DNA of 64,000 nt, taken from the NCBI GenBank assembly GCA_965227515.1, contig CBDDFZ010000001.1:1536001-1600000 (forward strand). The letters are read 5' to 3'. Position 1 is the stretch's first letter; every line of letters begins with the position of its first letter. The position numbers were made by a program, and so were the translations under genes. The notes under the pieces were generated by a model that was not told the origin of the DNA, searched no databases, and saw only the letters and a program-made list of their open reading frames with translations. Shown here piece by piece: positions 9,762 to 19,704 of this stretch. The DNA comes from Alphaproteobacteria bacterium (lineage in GTDB: Bacteria; Pseudomonadota; Alphaproteobacteria; CALKHQ01).

Positions 9762-11051
9762 GTGAACCGACCGCCTGCCGCACATCCGCCGTCCTACTAC
9801 GCGGCGACCGCCAATGACGCCACGCGCCACGCGCGGCTGGCGGGCGACGTGCGCGCCGATGTCTGCGTGATCGGTGGCGGGTTCACCGGGGTGTCGAGCG
9901 CGCTCTGCCTCGCCGAGCGCGGCTATCGGGTGGTGCTGCTGGAGGCTGAGCGCATCGGCTGGGGCGCATCCGGCCGCAATGGCGGCCAGGCCGGCAGCGG
10001 CCAGCGCCGGGGGCAGACGGAACTGGAGCGGATCGTCGGCCGCGACCGCGCGCGGGCGATGTGGGATCTGGCGGAGGCGGCCAAGGCCGAGGTGAAGGAC
10101 CGGATCGCGCGCCACGCCATCGCCTGCGACTGGAAGCCCGGCATCATGAACGTGGCGCACAAGCGGCGCTACACCGCCGAACTGCACGAGGAGGCGGACT
10201 GGCTGGCGCGGCAGTACGACTGCACCTATTTGCAGCCGCTGTCGCCGACAGAGGTCGCCGAGCGGCTCGGTGCGCGGGGATATCATGGCGGCGTACTGGA
10301 CTCCGATGCCGGCCATCTGCATCCGCTGAACTTCGCGCTCGGACTGGCCCGCGCGGCGGTCGAGGCCGGCGCCGTGCTGCACGAGGAAAGTGCGGTCATC
10401 GCCATCCGGCGCGAGGGCGGCCGGCACGTGGTGGCGACCGCCGGCGGCACGGTCAGCGCCGATAATGTCGTGGTCGCCTGCAACGGCTATCTCGGCGATC
10501 TGATGCCGCCGCTGGCCGGGCGGATCATGCCGATCAACAACTTCATCGCCACCACTGCACCATTGGACGAGGCGGCGGCGCGCGCCCTGATCCGGGACGA
10601 TGTCGCGGTCGCCGACACCCGCTTCGTCGTCTACTACTACCGGCTGACCGCCGACCGGCGGATGTTGTTCGGCGGCGGCGAGACCTATCGCCGGACCTTC
10701 CCCGACGATATCGCCGGCCTGGTCCGCCGGCACCTGACACAGGTGTTTCCGCAACTGACGGATGCGCCGCTCAGCCATGCCTGGGGCGGCACGCTGGCGG
10801 TGACCGCGCGGCGAATGCCGGTGTTCGGGCGCACGCCCGACGGGCTCTATTACGCGCTGGGCTATTCCGGCCACGGGGTGGCGCTGTCGACCCTGGCCGG
10901 CCGGCTGATCGCCGAGGCCGTGGCCGGCGCGGCGGAGCGCTTCGACGTTATGGCCGACTTCCCGCAGCCGCGCTTTCCCGGCGGCACGCTGTTGCGCTGG
11001 CCGCTGATGGCCTCGGCGATGCTGTGGTACAGCCTCAGGGATAGGGTTTAG
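9762..11051 (+). CDS. FAD-dependent oxidoreductase (PuuB/OrdL-like)
   Basis: VIGGGFTG, GASGRNGGQ, HPLN, GYSGHGV. Confidence 0.85.
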   Translation: MNRPPAAHPPSYYAATANDATRHARLAGDVRADVCVIGGGFTGVSSALCLAERGYRVVLLEAERIGWGASGRNGGQAGSGQRRGQTELERIVGRDRARAMWDLAEAAKAEVKDRIARHAIACDWKPGIMNVAHKRRYTAELHEEADWLARQYDCTYLQPLSPTEVAERLGARGYHGGVLDSDAGHLHPLNFALGLARAAVEAGAVLHEESAVIAIRREGGRHVVATAGGTVSADNVVVACNGYLGDLMPPLAGRIMPINNFIATTAPLDEAAARALIRDDVAVADTRFVVYYYRLTADRRMLFGGGETYRRTFPDDIAGLVRRHLTQVFPQLTDAPLSHAWGGTLAVTARRMPVFGRTPDGLYYALGYSGHGVALSTLAGRLIAEAVAGAAERFDVMADFPQPRFPGGTLLRWPLMASAMLWYSLRDRV

Positions 11052-11072
11052 CGCCAACCCTCTAACACACAC

Positions 11073-11183
11073 CGTCATGGTCGGACTTGTGGAGCCTGTC
11101 CTCGGACTTGATCCGAGGAGCCATCCACGAATTGCGGCGCCGGTCTAAAGACGTGGATGCTCGGGACAAGCCCGAGCATGACG
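11073..11183. repeat. REP-like element, family B
   Basis: CGTCATG...CATCCAC...GTGGATGCTCGGGACAAGCCCGAGCATGACG between convergent genes. Confidence 0.75.
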
Positions 11184-11208
11184 ACGAGAGGATGGCGGCC
11201 ACGATCCC

Positions 11209-12576
11209 CTAATACGCATACTCGCTGAACAGCGGGTCGACGGAGTGGCCCCAGCGGGTCTCGTAGGCGTCGAGCTTGCGCTCGGCGGGCGTCAGGCCGG
11301 ACTCGACGATGTCCCACAACGGCTCCAGGAACACGGTCTCGTCGCGGCCGAAGCCGTCGCGCCGCTGCCGCGCCTTCAGGCCGTCGGCGGCGATGTTCAG
11401 CACCTCGCGGGCGATGTCGCGGACGTGGGTGCCGGCGACCTCGGCGTGCAGGCCCTCGCGCGGCACCGCTGCCCGCAAATGCTCCCGCTGCTCTGCCGAC
11501 CAGTCCTTCACCAGCGACCATGCGGCGGACTGCGCGGCGCTGTCGTAAAGCAGCCCGACCCACAAGGCCGGCAGGGCGCAGATGCGCTTCCACGGGCCGC
11601 CATCGGCGCCGCGCATCTCCAGGAACTTCTTCAGGCGCACATCGGGGAACAGGGTGGTCAGATGGTTCGACCAGTCGCCCAGGGTGGGCCGCCGGCCCGG
11701 CAGCGCCGGCAAATTGCCATCCAGGAAGTCGCGGAACGACTGGCCGGAGGCGTCAACATAGCCCGCGCCGTCGTAGACGAAGTACATCGGCACATCGAGC
11801 GCGTAGTCGACCCAGCGCTCATAGCCGAACCCGTCCTCGAACGCGAACGGCAGGCCGCCGGTGCGGTCCGGGTCGGTGTCGGTCCAGATCTGGCCGCGGT
11901 AGCTCAGGAAGCCGTTGGGCTTGCCCTCGGTGAAGGGCGAGCTGGCGAAAAGCGCGGTGGCGATCGGCTGCAGCGCCAGCCCGATGCGCATCTTCTCCAC
12001 CATGTCGGCCTCGGACGAGAAGTCCAGGTTCACCTGCACCGTGCAGGTGCGCAGCATCATGTCGAGGCCCAGGCTGCCCTTCTTGGGCATGTACGCGCGC
12101 ATGATCTTGTAGCGGCCCTTCGGCATCCAGGGGATGTCCTCGCGCGCCCATTTCGGGTTGAAGCCGAGGCCGATCATGGCGATGCCCAGGGGCTCGGTCA
12201 CCGCGCGCACCTGCTCCAGGTGCTTGTGCACTTCCTCGCAGGTGTTCTGGATGTTGCGCAGCGGCGCGCCGCTCAGTTCGAACTGCCCGCCGGGTTCCAG
12301 CGACACCGATGACCCGTCCGGGTCGGTCAGCGCGATGATGTTCTCACCCTCGTGGACTGGTTTCCAACCATACTGGGTCAGGCCCTCCAGGATGGCGCGG
12401 ATGCCGCGCGGCCCGTCATAGGGGACCGGGCGCAGGTCGTCGGTGGTGAACGCGAACTTCTCGTGCTCGGTACCGATCCGCCAGTCCTCGATCGGCTTCT
12501 CGCCCGACGCGATATAGGCGACGAGCTCATCCTTGCTGGCGATCTCGTGCGTGTCGGTTTGTGGAACCGCGGTCAT
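11209..12576 (-). CDS. gshA: Glutamate--cysteine ligase (alphaproteobacterial/plant type)
   Basis: [35 protein letters not shown]. Confidence 0.95.
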   Translation of the reverse strand: MTAVPQTDTHEIASKDELVAYIASGEKPIEDWRIGTEHEKFAFTTDDLRPVPYDGPRGIRAILEGLTQYGWKPVHEGENIIALTDPDGSSVSLEPGGQFELSGAPLRNIQNTCEEVHKHLEQVRAVTEPLGIAMIGLGFNPKWAREDIPWMPKGRYKIMRAYMPKKGSLGLDMMLRTCTVQVNLDFSSEADMVEKMRIGLALQPIATALFASSPFTEGKPNGFLSYRGQIWTDTDPDRTGGLPFAFEDGFGYERWVDYALDVPMYFVYDGAGYVDASGQSFRDFLDGNLPALPGRRPTLGDWSNHLTTLFPDVRLKKFLEMRGADGGPWKRICALPALWVGLLYDSAAQSAAWSLVKDWSAEQREHLRAAVPREGLHAEVAGTHVRDIAREVLNIAADGLKARQRRDGFGRDETVFLEPLWDIVESGLTPAERKLDAYETRWGHSVDPLFSEYAY

Positions 12577-12684
12577 AAGCAGGAGTCCTCCCCAGGTCCG
12601 GCCACAGCACCGGCGCGGTCTTTATTGTGGGCCTGTGGGAATGCGCCGATGCGGCGCGGGCCCGGATAGATAGCGACAGCGCCG

Positions 12685-13425
12685 TCAGCGGTGCCAGTCG
12701 CCTGCAATCGCTTGCCAACATGCCAGCGCCGCGATGGCCGCGGTCTCGGCGCGCAGGATGCGCGGCCCGAGGTCGACAGGCCAAACAAAGGGCAGTGATC
12801 GCAGCAGGTCAAGCTCGTCCGGCGCGAAGCCGCCCTCGGGTCCGATCAACAGTGTGACCGGGCGCACATCGGTCCCCCGCGCAGTCTCCTGTGCCACGTC
12901 CGCAAGCGGCCGGCCGCCGCCGGTTTCGTCGGCCCAGATGACGGTGCGGTCCGACGCGGCGTCCAGCCACGCCGCCAGTGGCGCGGGATCGGCGATATCG
13001 GGCACGGACTGCCGGCCGCACTGCTCGGCGGCGGCGCGGGCGATGGCGGCCAGCCGGTCGGTGCGCACGTCGCCGCCCTGGGTGCGGGCGGTGACAACCG
13101 GTGTCAGCCGCGCGACACCCAGCTCGGCCGCCTTCTCGATCATCACCTCGAGTCGCTGGCGGCGAATCGGCGCGAAGGCGAGCCCCACGGATCCCGCCGG
13201 TTGCTGGTCGGCGACCCGCGCCTCGATCTCGATCGTAACGCCGCGCTTCTCGACGGCGGCGATCCGCCCGCGCCACTCACCGTCGCGCCCGTTGAACACG
13301 CCGACTTCGTCGCCCACCGCCAGCCGCAGCACGTTGCGCAGATGGTGCGGATCGGGTGCCGCCAGCCGCGCGCCCTGGTGCAGGTCGTCATCGGTGTGGA
13401 TGCGGGTCTTCACGCTTGGCGGCAT
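12685..13425 (-). CDS. rsmE: 16S rRNA m3U1498 methyltransferase
   Basis: HHLRNVLRL, EKAAELGV, AEQCGR, IGPEGGF, LGPRILRAETA. Confidence 0.95.
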   Translation of the reverse strand: MPPSVKTRIHTDDDLHQGARLAAPDPHHLRNVLRLAVGDEVGVFNGRDGEWRGRIAAVEKRGVTIEIEARVADQQPAGSVGLAFAPIRRQRLEVMIEKAAELGVARLTPVVTARTQGGDVRTDRLAAIARAAAEQCGRQSVPDIADPAPLAAWLDAASDRTVIWADETGGGRPLADVAQETARGTDVRPVTLLIGPEGGFAPDELDLLRSLPFVWPVDLGPRILRAETAAIAALACWQAIAGDWHR

Positions 13426-13488
13426 GGTGACGCCGTGTCAGGGTGCGCCGGCTGCATTGCAAGCCCGCCCTGCCAACCGATTGCCATC

Positions 13489-14403
13489 GTGAACCGCTCC
13501 GCCATCGCCGTCGCTGTCGTCCTCATTATCGGCCTGTGCGCGGTGGCGCACGGTGCGATCCTGGCGCGGCTGGCCGCCGCCGACCCCATCCTGATTTCCG
13601 CTTTTCGCACCGGCGTTGCAACCCTGATCATCCTGCCCATCGGCCTGGCCCTGTATGCGCGCTCGTCGAGACGCATCGACTGGGCATCGCTGCGCTGGCC
13701 GCTGCTGGGCGGGGTGGCGCTGGCGGCACATTTCGCGAGCTGGATTGCGTCCCTCGATCACACATCCATCGCCAACAGCGTGGTCCTGGTCAACACATCG
13801 CCGGTCTGGCTCGCGCTCTACACGCTGCTGGTGCGGCGCGAGCGGTTGGGCCCGATGGCACTGGCCGGCGTCGGCCTCAGCATCGTCGGCAGCCTGGTCA
13901 TCGGCCTGTTCGCGCCGGACCAGCCCGACGGCGGCGACAGCCTGTATGGCGACGCACTGGCGCTGGCCGGCGGCATCTGCATGGCGATCTACCTTTTGAT
14001 CGGCCGGCGCGCCCTGGGGCCGGCCGCGGCTGACACCTCATCTGGCGGGCCGATGCCGCTGCTGCTCTATCTCGGCCTGTGCTACGGCAGCGCGGCGGTG
14101 GTGCTGTGGGTGGCGGTGCTGGCCGGCGGGATCGCTGTGGTCGGCCTGTCGCAAACCAGCTATCTGGCGATGGTCGGCGCAGGCCTGGTCAGCCAGGTCA
14201 TCGGCCACAGCGCCTACAACTGGAGCCTGCTGCGCTTTTCGCCCCGGTTCGTGGCGATCTGCCTGCTCGGCGAACCGGTGGTGGCGACGCTGCTGGGGCT
14301 GGCCTATTTCGGCGAGGCGGTGCCGCTGACGACGCTGGCCGGCGGCGCCATCCTGCTGGTGGCGATCTACCTGGCGGCGGCGGGCGAGCGCCGGGCGCGA
14401 TAG
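13489..14403 (+). CDS. DMT/EamA family transporter
   Basis: ~10 TM helices, GDALAL, GHSAYNW, LGEPV; start inferred (GTG). Confidence 0.85.
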   Translation: MNRSAIAVAVVLIIGLCAVAHGAILARLAAADPILISAFRTGVATLIILPIGLALYARSSRRIDWASLRWPLLGGVALAAHFASWIASLDHTSIANSVVLVNTSPVWLALYTLLVRRERLGPMALAGVGLSIVGSLVIGLFAPDQPDGGDSLYGDALALAGGICMAIYLLIGRRALGPAAADTSSGGPMPLLLYLGLCYGSAAVVLWVAVLAGGIAVVGLSQTSYLAMVGAGLVSQVIGHSAYNWSLLRFSPRFVAICLLGEPVVATLLGLAYFGEAVPLTTLAGGAILLVAIYLAAAGERRAR

Positions 14404-14439
14404 GTCTTCGTTCGAACCTATCGGTGCAAGATGTGTCGT

Positions 14440-14480
14440 GGTTAAGTATTAACCGTTCATTTACGTTAATTTATAAAAGT
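14440..14480. promoter_or_regulatory. AT-rich promoter with CtrA-like TTAA sites upstream of the flaG-like gene
   Basis: ggttaagtattaaccgttcatttacgttaa (TTAA-N7-TTTA). Confidence 0.45.
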
Positions 14481-14558
14481 TGAACGAAATCCGAAGTTAT
14501 GAAAATTGACAATAATGACAATGCGGCCCAATATTTCGATATTGGAAAGGATTGAACC

Positions 14559-14993
14559 ATGTTGGCTGCACCAGTCATCACTTCCGTACCGCCCGCGCCT
14601 CTCCCCACGGAGACCAGCTCCGTGCTGGCCGGAATCCAGGGCGCCCGCGCCCCTGAACCGGTACGCGCGACGGAATTCGGCAATCGCACGGAAGACCGTG
14701 CGACGGACGAACGCGACGAGACACGTCAGCAGGACGCCACCGAGAAATCCGGTGCGCAGCCGATCGCCGTCGAGGCCCCGCCGGAGACCGCCGGACGGAA
14801 CCTCAACTTGGTATTCGAAGAGGATACCGGAAAAACCTTTATAGAAATTCTAGATCCGCGCACTGGCGACGTGGTCGAGCGGATTCCGCCGGAATTGCTG
14901 AAGGAACGCGAGGAAGAGACGGCGGAGAAGGATGGGGTGCTGGCCGAACGCGGCCAGCCCGACCGCGCCCAGGTGCTCGACCAGACGGTCTGA
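14559..14993 (+). CDS. flaG: FlaG-family flagellar protein
   Basis: NLNLVFEEDTGKTFIEILDPRTGDVVERIPPE matches the FlaG core. Confidence 0.7.
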   Translation: MLAAPVITSVPPAPLPTETSSVLAGIQGARAPEPVRATEFGNRTEDRATDERDETRQQDATEKSGAQPIAVEAPPETAGRNLNLVFEEDTGKTFIEILDPRTGDVVERIPPELLKEREEETAEKDGVLAERGQPDRAQVLDQTV

Positions 14994-15085
14994 CTCCGGT
15001 CAACAGATCAGGTGCCTGGCCGGCCCGTGGATCGCGGGACCGGTTTTGAACGTATTGAGCTGGCACAGATCAACCGAGAAATGAT

Positions 15086-15334
15086 CTAGCGTTCCCACAT
15101 CCGCTTCGAGCCTTCGCGAACGGCATCCGCTCGGGTGACGCCGATGTCGTGCAACGCCATTTCGTCCATCGCCATCAGTTGGCGGCGTTGCCGGCTGCGT
15201 TCGGACCATTCGATCAATGTGTCGATGGCTCGCGATACCAGGGCGCCCGCAAAGCTGCTGCGCCGTGCGGTCCAGTGGTCGGTTGGCGTGCCGATGGACG
15301 GGCGGTTTGAGTCCAGGTGTGTTGCCGAAGACAT
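15086..15334 (-). CDS. DUF1127 small protein
   Basis: WSERSRQRRQLMAMDEMALHDIGVTR...KRMW. Confidence 0.85.
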   Translation of the reverse strand: MSSATHLDSNRPSIGTPTDHWTARRSSFAGALVSRAIDTLIEWSERSRQRRQLMAMDEMALHDIGVTRADAVREGSKRMWER

Positions 15335-15369
15335 GATTTGGGCCCCTTGTTCGATGGGTGACTTGTGCT

Positions 15370-15564
15370 CTAGCGGCGCCGGCGCGGCGCGGGCCGAAGG
15401 TGCGTGGCATCAGCACGGCTGATGCCAATGTCGCGCAGCATGCGGTCATCGAGGTCTGTCAGGCGTCGGCGCTGCCGATGAAATGCCAGCCAGTCGACGA
15501 CCGGTGCGGCGAGGTGCGCCAGCACCCGCGCCAGGCTGGTGCGCAACGGTCGATTGACGGTCAT
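15370..15564 (-). CDS. DUF1127 small protein
   Basis: RQRRRLTDLDDRMLRDIGISR; start uncertain. Confidence 0.8.
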   Translation of the reverse strand: MTVNRPLRTSLARVLAHLAAPVVDWLAFHRQRRRLTDLDDRMLRDIGISRADATHLRPAPRRRR

Positions 15565-15756
15565 ATTTGGCCGGTAAGCCTGACTTCCGACCGTGTTCTC
15601 GCTTGTGCAGGGCATGGCGGCCTCCGTTCGCTGCCGGCGTGTGCCAGCGGTAAGATCATGGTTCATGAAATACGGGCGCCACGCCCGGTTTACAAACCAT
15701 GGTTCCTCAGGCTAAGCATTAGCTGATCTAATCCACGAGGACGCCGGGAGGCCCGG

Positions 15757-16716
15757 GTGCCGCTGCCACCTCTGTCCAGCCTGCGCACGTTCGAGGTGGC
15801 GGCCCGCTGCCTCAGCTTCACCCGCGCCGCGGAGGAGTTGAACATCACGCAGGGCGCGGTCAGCCAGCAGATCAAGCAGCTGGAGGCCAGGCTGGGCTAC
15901 GCGCTGTTCGAGCGGCGTCCGCGCCAACTCGCCCTGACCGAGGAAGGGGACGCACTAGCATCGTCGGTGCGCGCGGCACTGGCCCAAATCACCGGTACGC
16001 TGGAGCATCTGGAACAACGCCGCCATCGCGGGCCATTGACTGTCAGCGTGCTCGCCTCGTTCGGCGCCAAGTGGTTGTTGCCCCGGCTGTCGAAATTCCA
16101 CGAGGCCCATCCCGATATCGACGTCCGCCTGCAAACCGACGATGCCATGGCCAATCTGCGCAATGACGGCGTCGACATCGCCATTCGGTTCGGCCGCGGC
16201 AACTACCCGGGCATGGACGTCACCACCCTGGTGCGTGACCGGGTGATCGCGGTGTGCAGTCCGGATCTGGTGCGCGGGCCCGAGGCGATCCGCTCGGTCG
16301 ACGACCTGGCCCACTGCCGGCTGCTGCACGACGACGACTGGCGCGGCGGCAACGAGTTCAGTTGGACGTTCTGGCTGGACAGGTTCGGCATCACCCGTAC
16401 CCGCGACGCGGGCGGCAACAGCTTCAACCGCGGCGATCTCATGGTGCAGGCCGCGATCATCGGGCGGGGCGTGGCGCTGACCCGGTGCTCGCTCGCCGAC
16501 GAGGACTTGCAGGCCGGCCGGTTGGTGCGGCCGTTCCCGTTCTCGATGCCGAGCCCGATGGCGCACTACGTCGTGTGCCTGCCGGAGCGTGCGCACGCGC
16601 CGAACATCGAGGCGTTTCGCGCCTGGGTGGTGGCGGAGGGCGCCCGTGCCGCCGCTCACTACGACCTCGCCTACGCCGACCGGATGCCGGCGCAGCGCGA
16701 TGGGCATGAGGACTAA
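15757..16716 (+). CDS. LysR family regulator (GcvA-like)
   Basis: PPLSSLRTFEVAAR.LSFTRAAEEL HTH, WLLPRL, DIAIRFG. Confidence 0.92.
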   Translation: MPLPPLSSLRTFEVAARCLSFTRAAEELNITQGAVSQQIKQLEARLGYALFERRPRQLALTEEGDALASSVRAALAQITGTLEHLEQRRHRGPLTVSVLASFGAKWLLPRLSKFHEAHPDIDVRLQTDDAMANLRNDGVDIAIRFGRGNYPGMDVTTLVRDRVIAVCSPDLVRGPEAIRSVDDLAHCRLLHDDDWRGGNEFSWTFWLDRFGITRTRDAGGNSFNRGDLMVQAAIIGRGVALTRCSLADEDLQAGRLVRPFPFSMPSPMAHYVVCLPERAHAPNIEAFRAWVVAEGARAAAHYDLAYADRMPAQRDGHED

Positions 16717-16735
16717 GACTCTTCAGGGTATTTCA

Positions 16736-16808
16736 GTGACAGTTTACTGAATTGCAGCCGCTGCGCTCTGCGGCGCCTGTTGTCGCGCTGAATTTAGTAA
16801 ACTGTCAC
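16736..16808. repeat. AT-rich inverted repeat, family C (GTGACAGTTTACT.AATT)
   Basis: gtgacagtttactgaattgcagc ... gctgaatttagtaaactgtcac. Confidence 0.7.
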
Positions 16809-16835
16809 CTAAATGCACCGAAATATCGCATCTCG

Positions 16836-17729
16836 TCAGGCTGGTGGGGAGATGCGGCCTGCGTTGCCGGCCGACTGCCCGTCGACGATGGAGCCGATCG
16901 GCATCCGCTTGGCGTCCGCCGGGGGGCGAGCCAGGAAAAAGCGCGAGTGGATCATGCCGCGCGTCCGCTCCAGGTCTGTGGATTTGCCGGCGGCCTCCAG
17001 CTCGTCCAGCACATAGGCGCGTTCGGTGTTGTCGACGAACTTGCGGTGTGGCAGCGGGCGCTGGCCGAACTCCAGCTTCAGGCCGGCATCGTTGAGCGTC
17101 CGCAGCACACCGTCCACATTGACGTACCGGCTGGCGAAGAACGCAAACCATGGCAGCCGGTCCTGCCACAGCTCGGTCAGGCGGCCGAATGTGTTGGCGC
17201 CGATGTAGCCGACCCCGCCTGTCACGGTGACGAGGTCTGCATCGGCCAGCAGGTCCGCGGCCTCGTTCGTCAGGTCATTGTTTTCCAGGTCGATGCTCAG
17301 GCCCTGGTCGATCAGGTTGGTCTGGCGCGCGAAGCGGACCGCGCGTTCGGCGGCGTCGACGCCAATCATGCGAAAGCCCCGGTTCAAGTGCTGCTTGGAT
17401 TCGAAGAAGTACCTGTCCGCATCGACAATCTCGTCGCTCGACGCCTCCGCCATCCACGGGTCGCAGGCATAGCGGGCATAGAGCTCGGACATGGTCAACT
17501 CATGGCCCAGCAGCGCCCCGTTGACGCCATAGCCACAGCACAGATCGACCACGCGGACCGGCGCGCTCCGCTTCGACAGCGCGTCGATGCAGCGGCGGAA
17601 ATAGGTCGCGGCATGCTGGGGCAGGACATAGGTGTAGGGGGCCAGCGCCTGATAGTAGGCGCGCGGGTCCGGCTTGTTGTAGATGGCCGAGAAGTCGGCT
17701 TTGCCGGGGCTGGCGAACTTGGCGGTCAT
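16836..17729 (-). CDS. Putative class I SAM-dependent methyltransferase-like protein
   Basis: VVDLCCGYG motif I-like, IGVDAAE, TGGVGYIG. Confidence 0.6.
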   Translation of the reverse strand: MTAKFASPGKADFSAIYNKPDPRAYYQALAPYTYVLPQHAATYFRRCIDALSKRSAPVRVVDLCCGYGVNGALLGHELTMSELYARYACDPWMAEASSDEIVDADRYFFESKQHLNRGFRMIGVDAAERAVRFARQTNLIDQGLSIDLENNDLTNEAADLLADADLVTVTGGVGYIGANTFGRLTELWQDRLPWFAFFASRYVNVDGVLRTLNDAGLKLEFGQRPLPHRKFVDNTERAYVLDELEAAGKSTDLERTRGMIHSRFFLARPPADAKRMPIGSIVDGQSAGNAGRISPPA

Positions 17730-17858
17730 CGAGGTCTCCGTCGGGGTTGAGCCCACCGGCGTGGGCGCGTTTCGTCCTTGCCGGCTCCATCTGGGCCGGC
17801 CGGGCGGTGTCAGCGATGTGCATGCCGCGACGCAGGCGGCGGGTAGCGCGTCTTGCGG

Positions 17859-19361
17859 TTATGCGACCGGCCGATCCGACCAGTGGGCGACCAGGCCCAG
17901 CACCGCCTCCGGCATCTCGAGCTGGTCGGCCAGCAGGCTCTGGTAGGCGGCCTCCTCGCCGCAGCGCGGTGCCCTGCTCGCGGACGGGGCGGTGACGATC
18001 GCCCGGTCCTTGAAGCGGGTGCCCAGCATGTCGGCGAGACCGCTGCCTTCGTCGAACTGCGCCTTGTCGCGCCAGACGATGTCGTCCGGCAGCAGGTCGG
18101 CGAACGCGCGGCGCAGCAGCCACTTCTCCACCAGGCGGCCGTCGCCCCCATCATGGAGTTTCCATGTCGCCGGCACCCGCATCGCGGTCTCGATCATCGC
18201 GGTGTCCAGGAACGGCACCCGTGCCTCCAGCCCGTGCGCCATGGTCATGCGGTCGACGCGCTGCAGGTTGATGTTGTGCATGCTGGACAGCGAGCGCCTG
18301 AGCTCCTCGTTCAGCGCGGCATGGGGCACGTCGCGGTAATAGGTGTAGCCGGCGAACAGTTCGTCGGCGCCTTCGCCGGTCAGCACCACCTTCACCTGGG
18401 CCGCAGCCAATCGCGACACCATCCAGCACGGCACGGCGCTGCGCACCAGGTCCCGGTCGTAGGACTCCAGGTGGCTCAGAATGGCCGGCATCGCCGCATC
18501 GACCTCGCGGTCGTCGATGGCCATCTCGTGGTGCTCCGACCCGATGTGTTCGGCCACGCGGCGCGCGGCGGCCAGGTCCGGGCTGCCGGGCACGCCGACG
18601 GCAAATGTCTTCAGATGGTCCAGGTGCTTGGCCGCGACGGCCGCGATGATGCTGCTGTCGAGCCCGCCGGACAGGAACGCGCCCAGCGGCACGTCGCTGC
18701 GCAACCGCTTGACGACGGCTCGCTCCAGGGTGGCGCGCACCGCCTCGGTCGCCTCGTCGACATCCTCGAACATCTGCGTCGGCGCGGGCACGTCGTAATA
18801 GCGGGTGAACCCGGTATCGGACTCGTAGACATGACCGGCCGGGAATTCCTTGATGTCCTCGGCGATCAGGCTCAGCGCCTTGATCTCGGACCCGAAGCAC
18901 AGCGCATCCTGGGTGCCGCCCCCGGTGGCGCGGCCGTAATAGAGCGGCTTGATGCCCAGCGGGTCGCGCGCGGCCATGATCTGGTCGCCCTGGGCCTGCA
19001 CGAAGGCGAACATGCCGTCCAGGTCGGCGACCGCCCTGGCGCCCCTGATCGCGCAAGCGCGCAGGATCGATTCGGAGTCCGTGGTGGTGCGGAAGGCCGC
19101 GGCGCCGACTTCCTCGCGCAGGGCCTTGTAGTTGTAGATCATGCCGTTGGCGATAAGGCTGGCGTCGTGTTCCGGCGCCTGCAGCGGCTGGTCGCCGCCC
19201 GCCGGGTCGATGATGGCCAGCCGCCTGTGGCCGAAGGTGAACTTGTCGACCGGGTCCTCAAGCACGCCGGCCCCGTCGGGTCCCCGATGGGCAAGCGCCG
19301 TCATTGCGCGCTGTGCTGCCTCCCGATCGACGCGACCGCACAGCGCGATAATTCCACACAT
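17859..19361 (-). CDS. asnB: Asparagine synthase (glutamine-hydrolysing) family amidotransferase
   Basis: MCGI N-terminus, HRGPD, RRLAIID, LSGGLDSS, GEGADE, EARVPFLD. Confidence 0.9.
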   Translation of the reverse strand: MCGIIALCGRVDREAAQRAMTALAHRGPDGAGVLEDPVDKFTFGHRRLAIIDPAGGDQPLQAPEHDASLIANGMIYNYKALREEVGAAAFRTTTDSESILRACAIRGARAVADLDGMFAFVQAQGDQIMAARDPLGIKPLYYGRATGGGTQDALCFGSEIKALSLIAEDIKEFPAGHVYESDTGFTRYYDVPAPTQMFEDVDEATEAVRATLERAVVKRLRSDVPLGAFLSGGLDSSIIAAVAAKHLDHLKTFAVGVPGSPDLAAARRVAEHIGSEHHEMAIDDREVDAAMPAILSHLESYDRDLVRSAVPCWMVSRLAAAQVKVVLTGEGADELFAGYTYYRDVPHAALNEELRRSLSSMHNINLQRVDRMTMAHGLEARVPFLDTAMIETAMRVPATWKLHDGGDGRLVEKWLLRRAFADLLPDDIVWRDKAQFDEGSGLADMLGTRFKDRAIVTAPSASRAPRCGEEAAYQSLLADQLEMPEAVLGLVAHWSDRPVA

Positions 19362-19509
19362 GGATGCACCAGGCTCCAATTTTGAAAGGTAACGATGAAG
19401 TTATTCTCGGGCGACGAAGGTAAAGGAAGCTCAGTCCCTTCAAATAACTGTAACTGCTTCGTAATATTCATGGCTGTTTGCACAGCACATGATCCCCGAG
19501 TCAAAAATC

Positions 19510-19538
19510 ACCATATGTTCAATGCTCGCCGATGTCAA
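19510..19538 (-). promoter_or_regulatory. Sigma70-type promoter for asnB
   Basis: minus strand TTGACA-N17-TATGGT. Confidence 0.55.
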
Positions 19539-19704
19539 GCCGGACGGGCTGCCATATGGCCTGACATCGTTGAGCTTGAAGCGAAAAACTGGACTGAAGC
19601 CGGTAGAATATTATGGAAACCGAGCGGCGGCACTTAACCAGGTTAATGGCGCCGAATTGCGGACAGGCTTGGCCCCGGCACTGTCGCGGGCAATGCGTGT
19701 GGCG

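Noticed and set aside
14995-15370. Cuckoo (CCUCCUCCC) sRNAs, often found downstream of DUF1127 genes
   Set aside because: No such motif is visible on the minus strand here.
17859-19361. asnB as a lasso-peptide cyclase
   Set aside because: It retains the N-terminal Cys glutaminase domain, and no B protein or precursor peptide is nearby.
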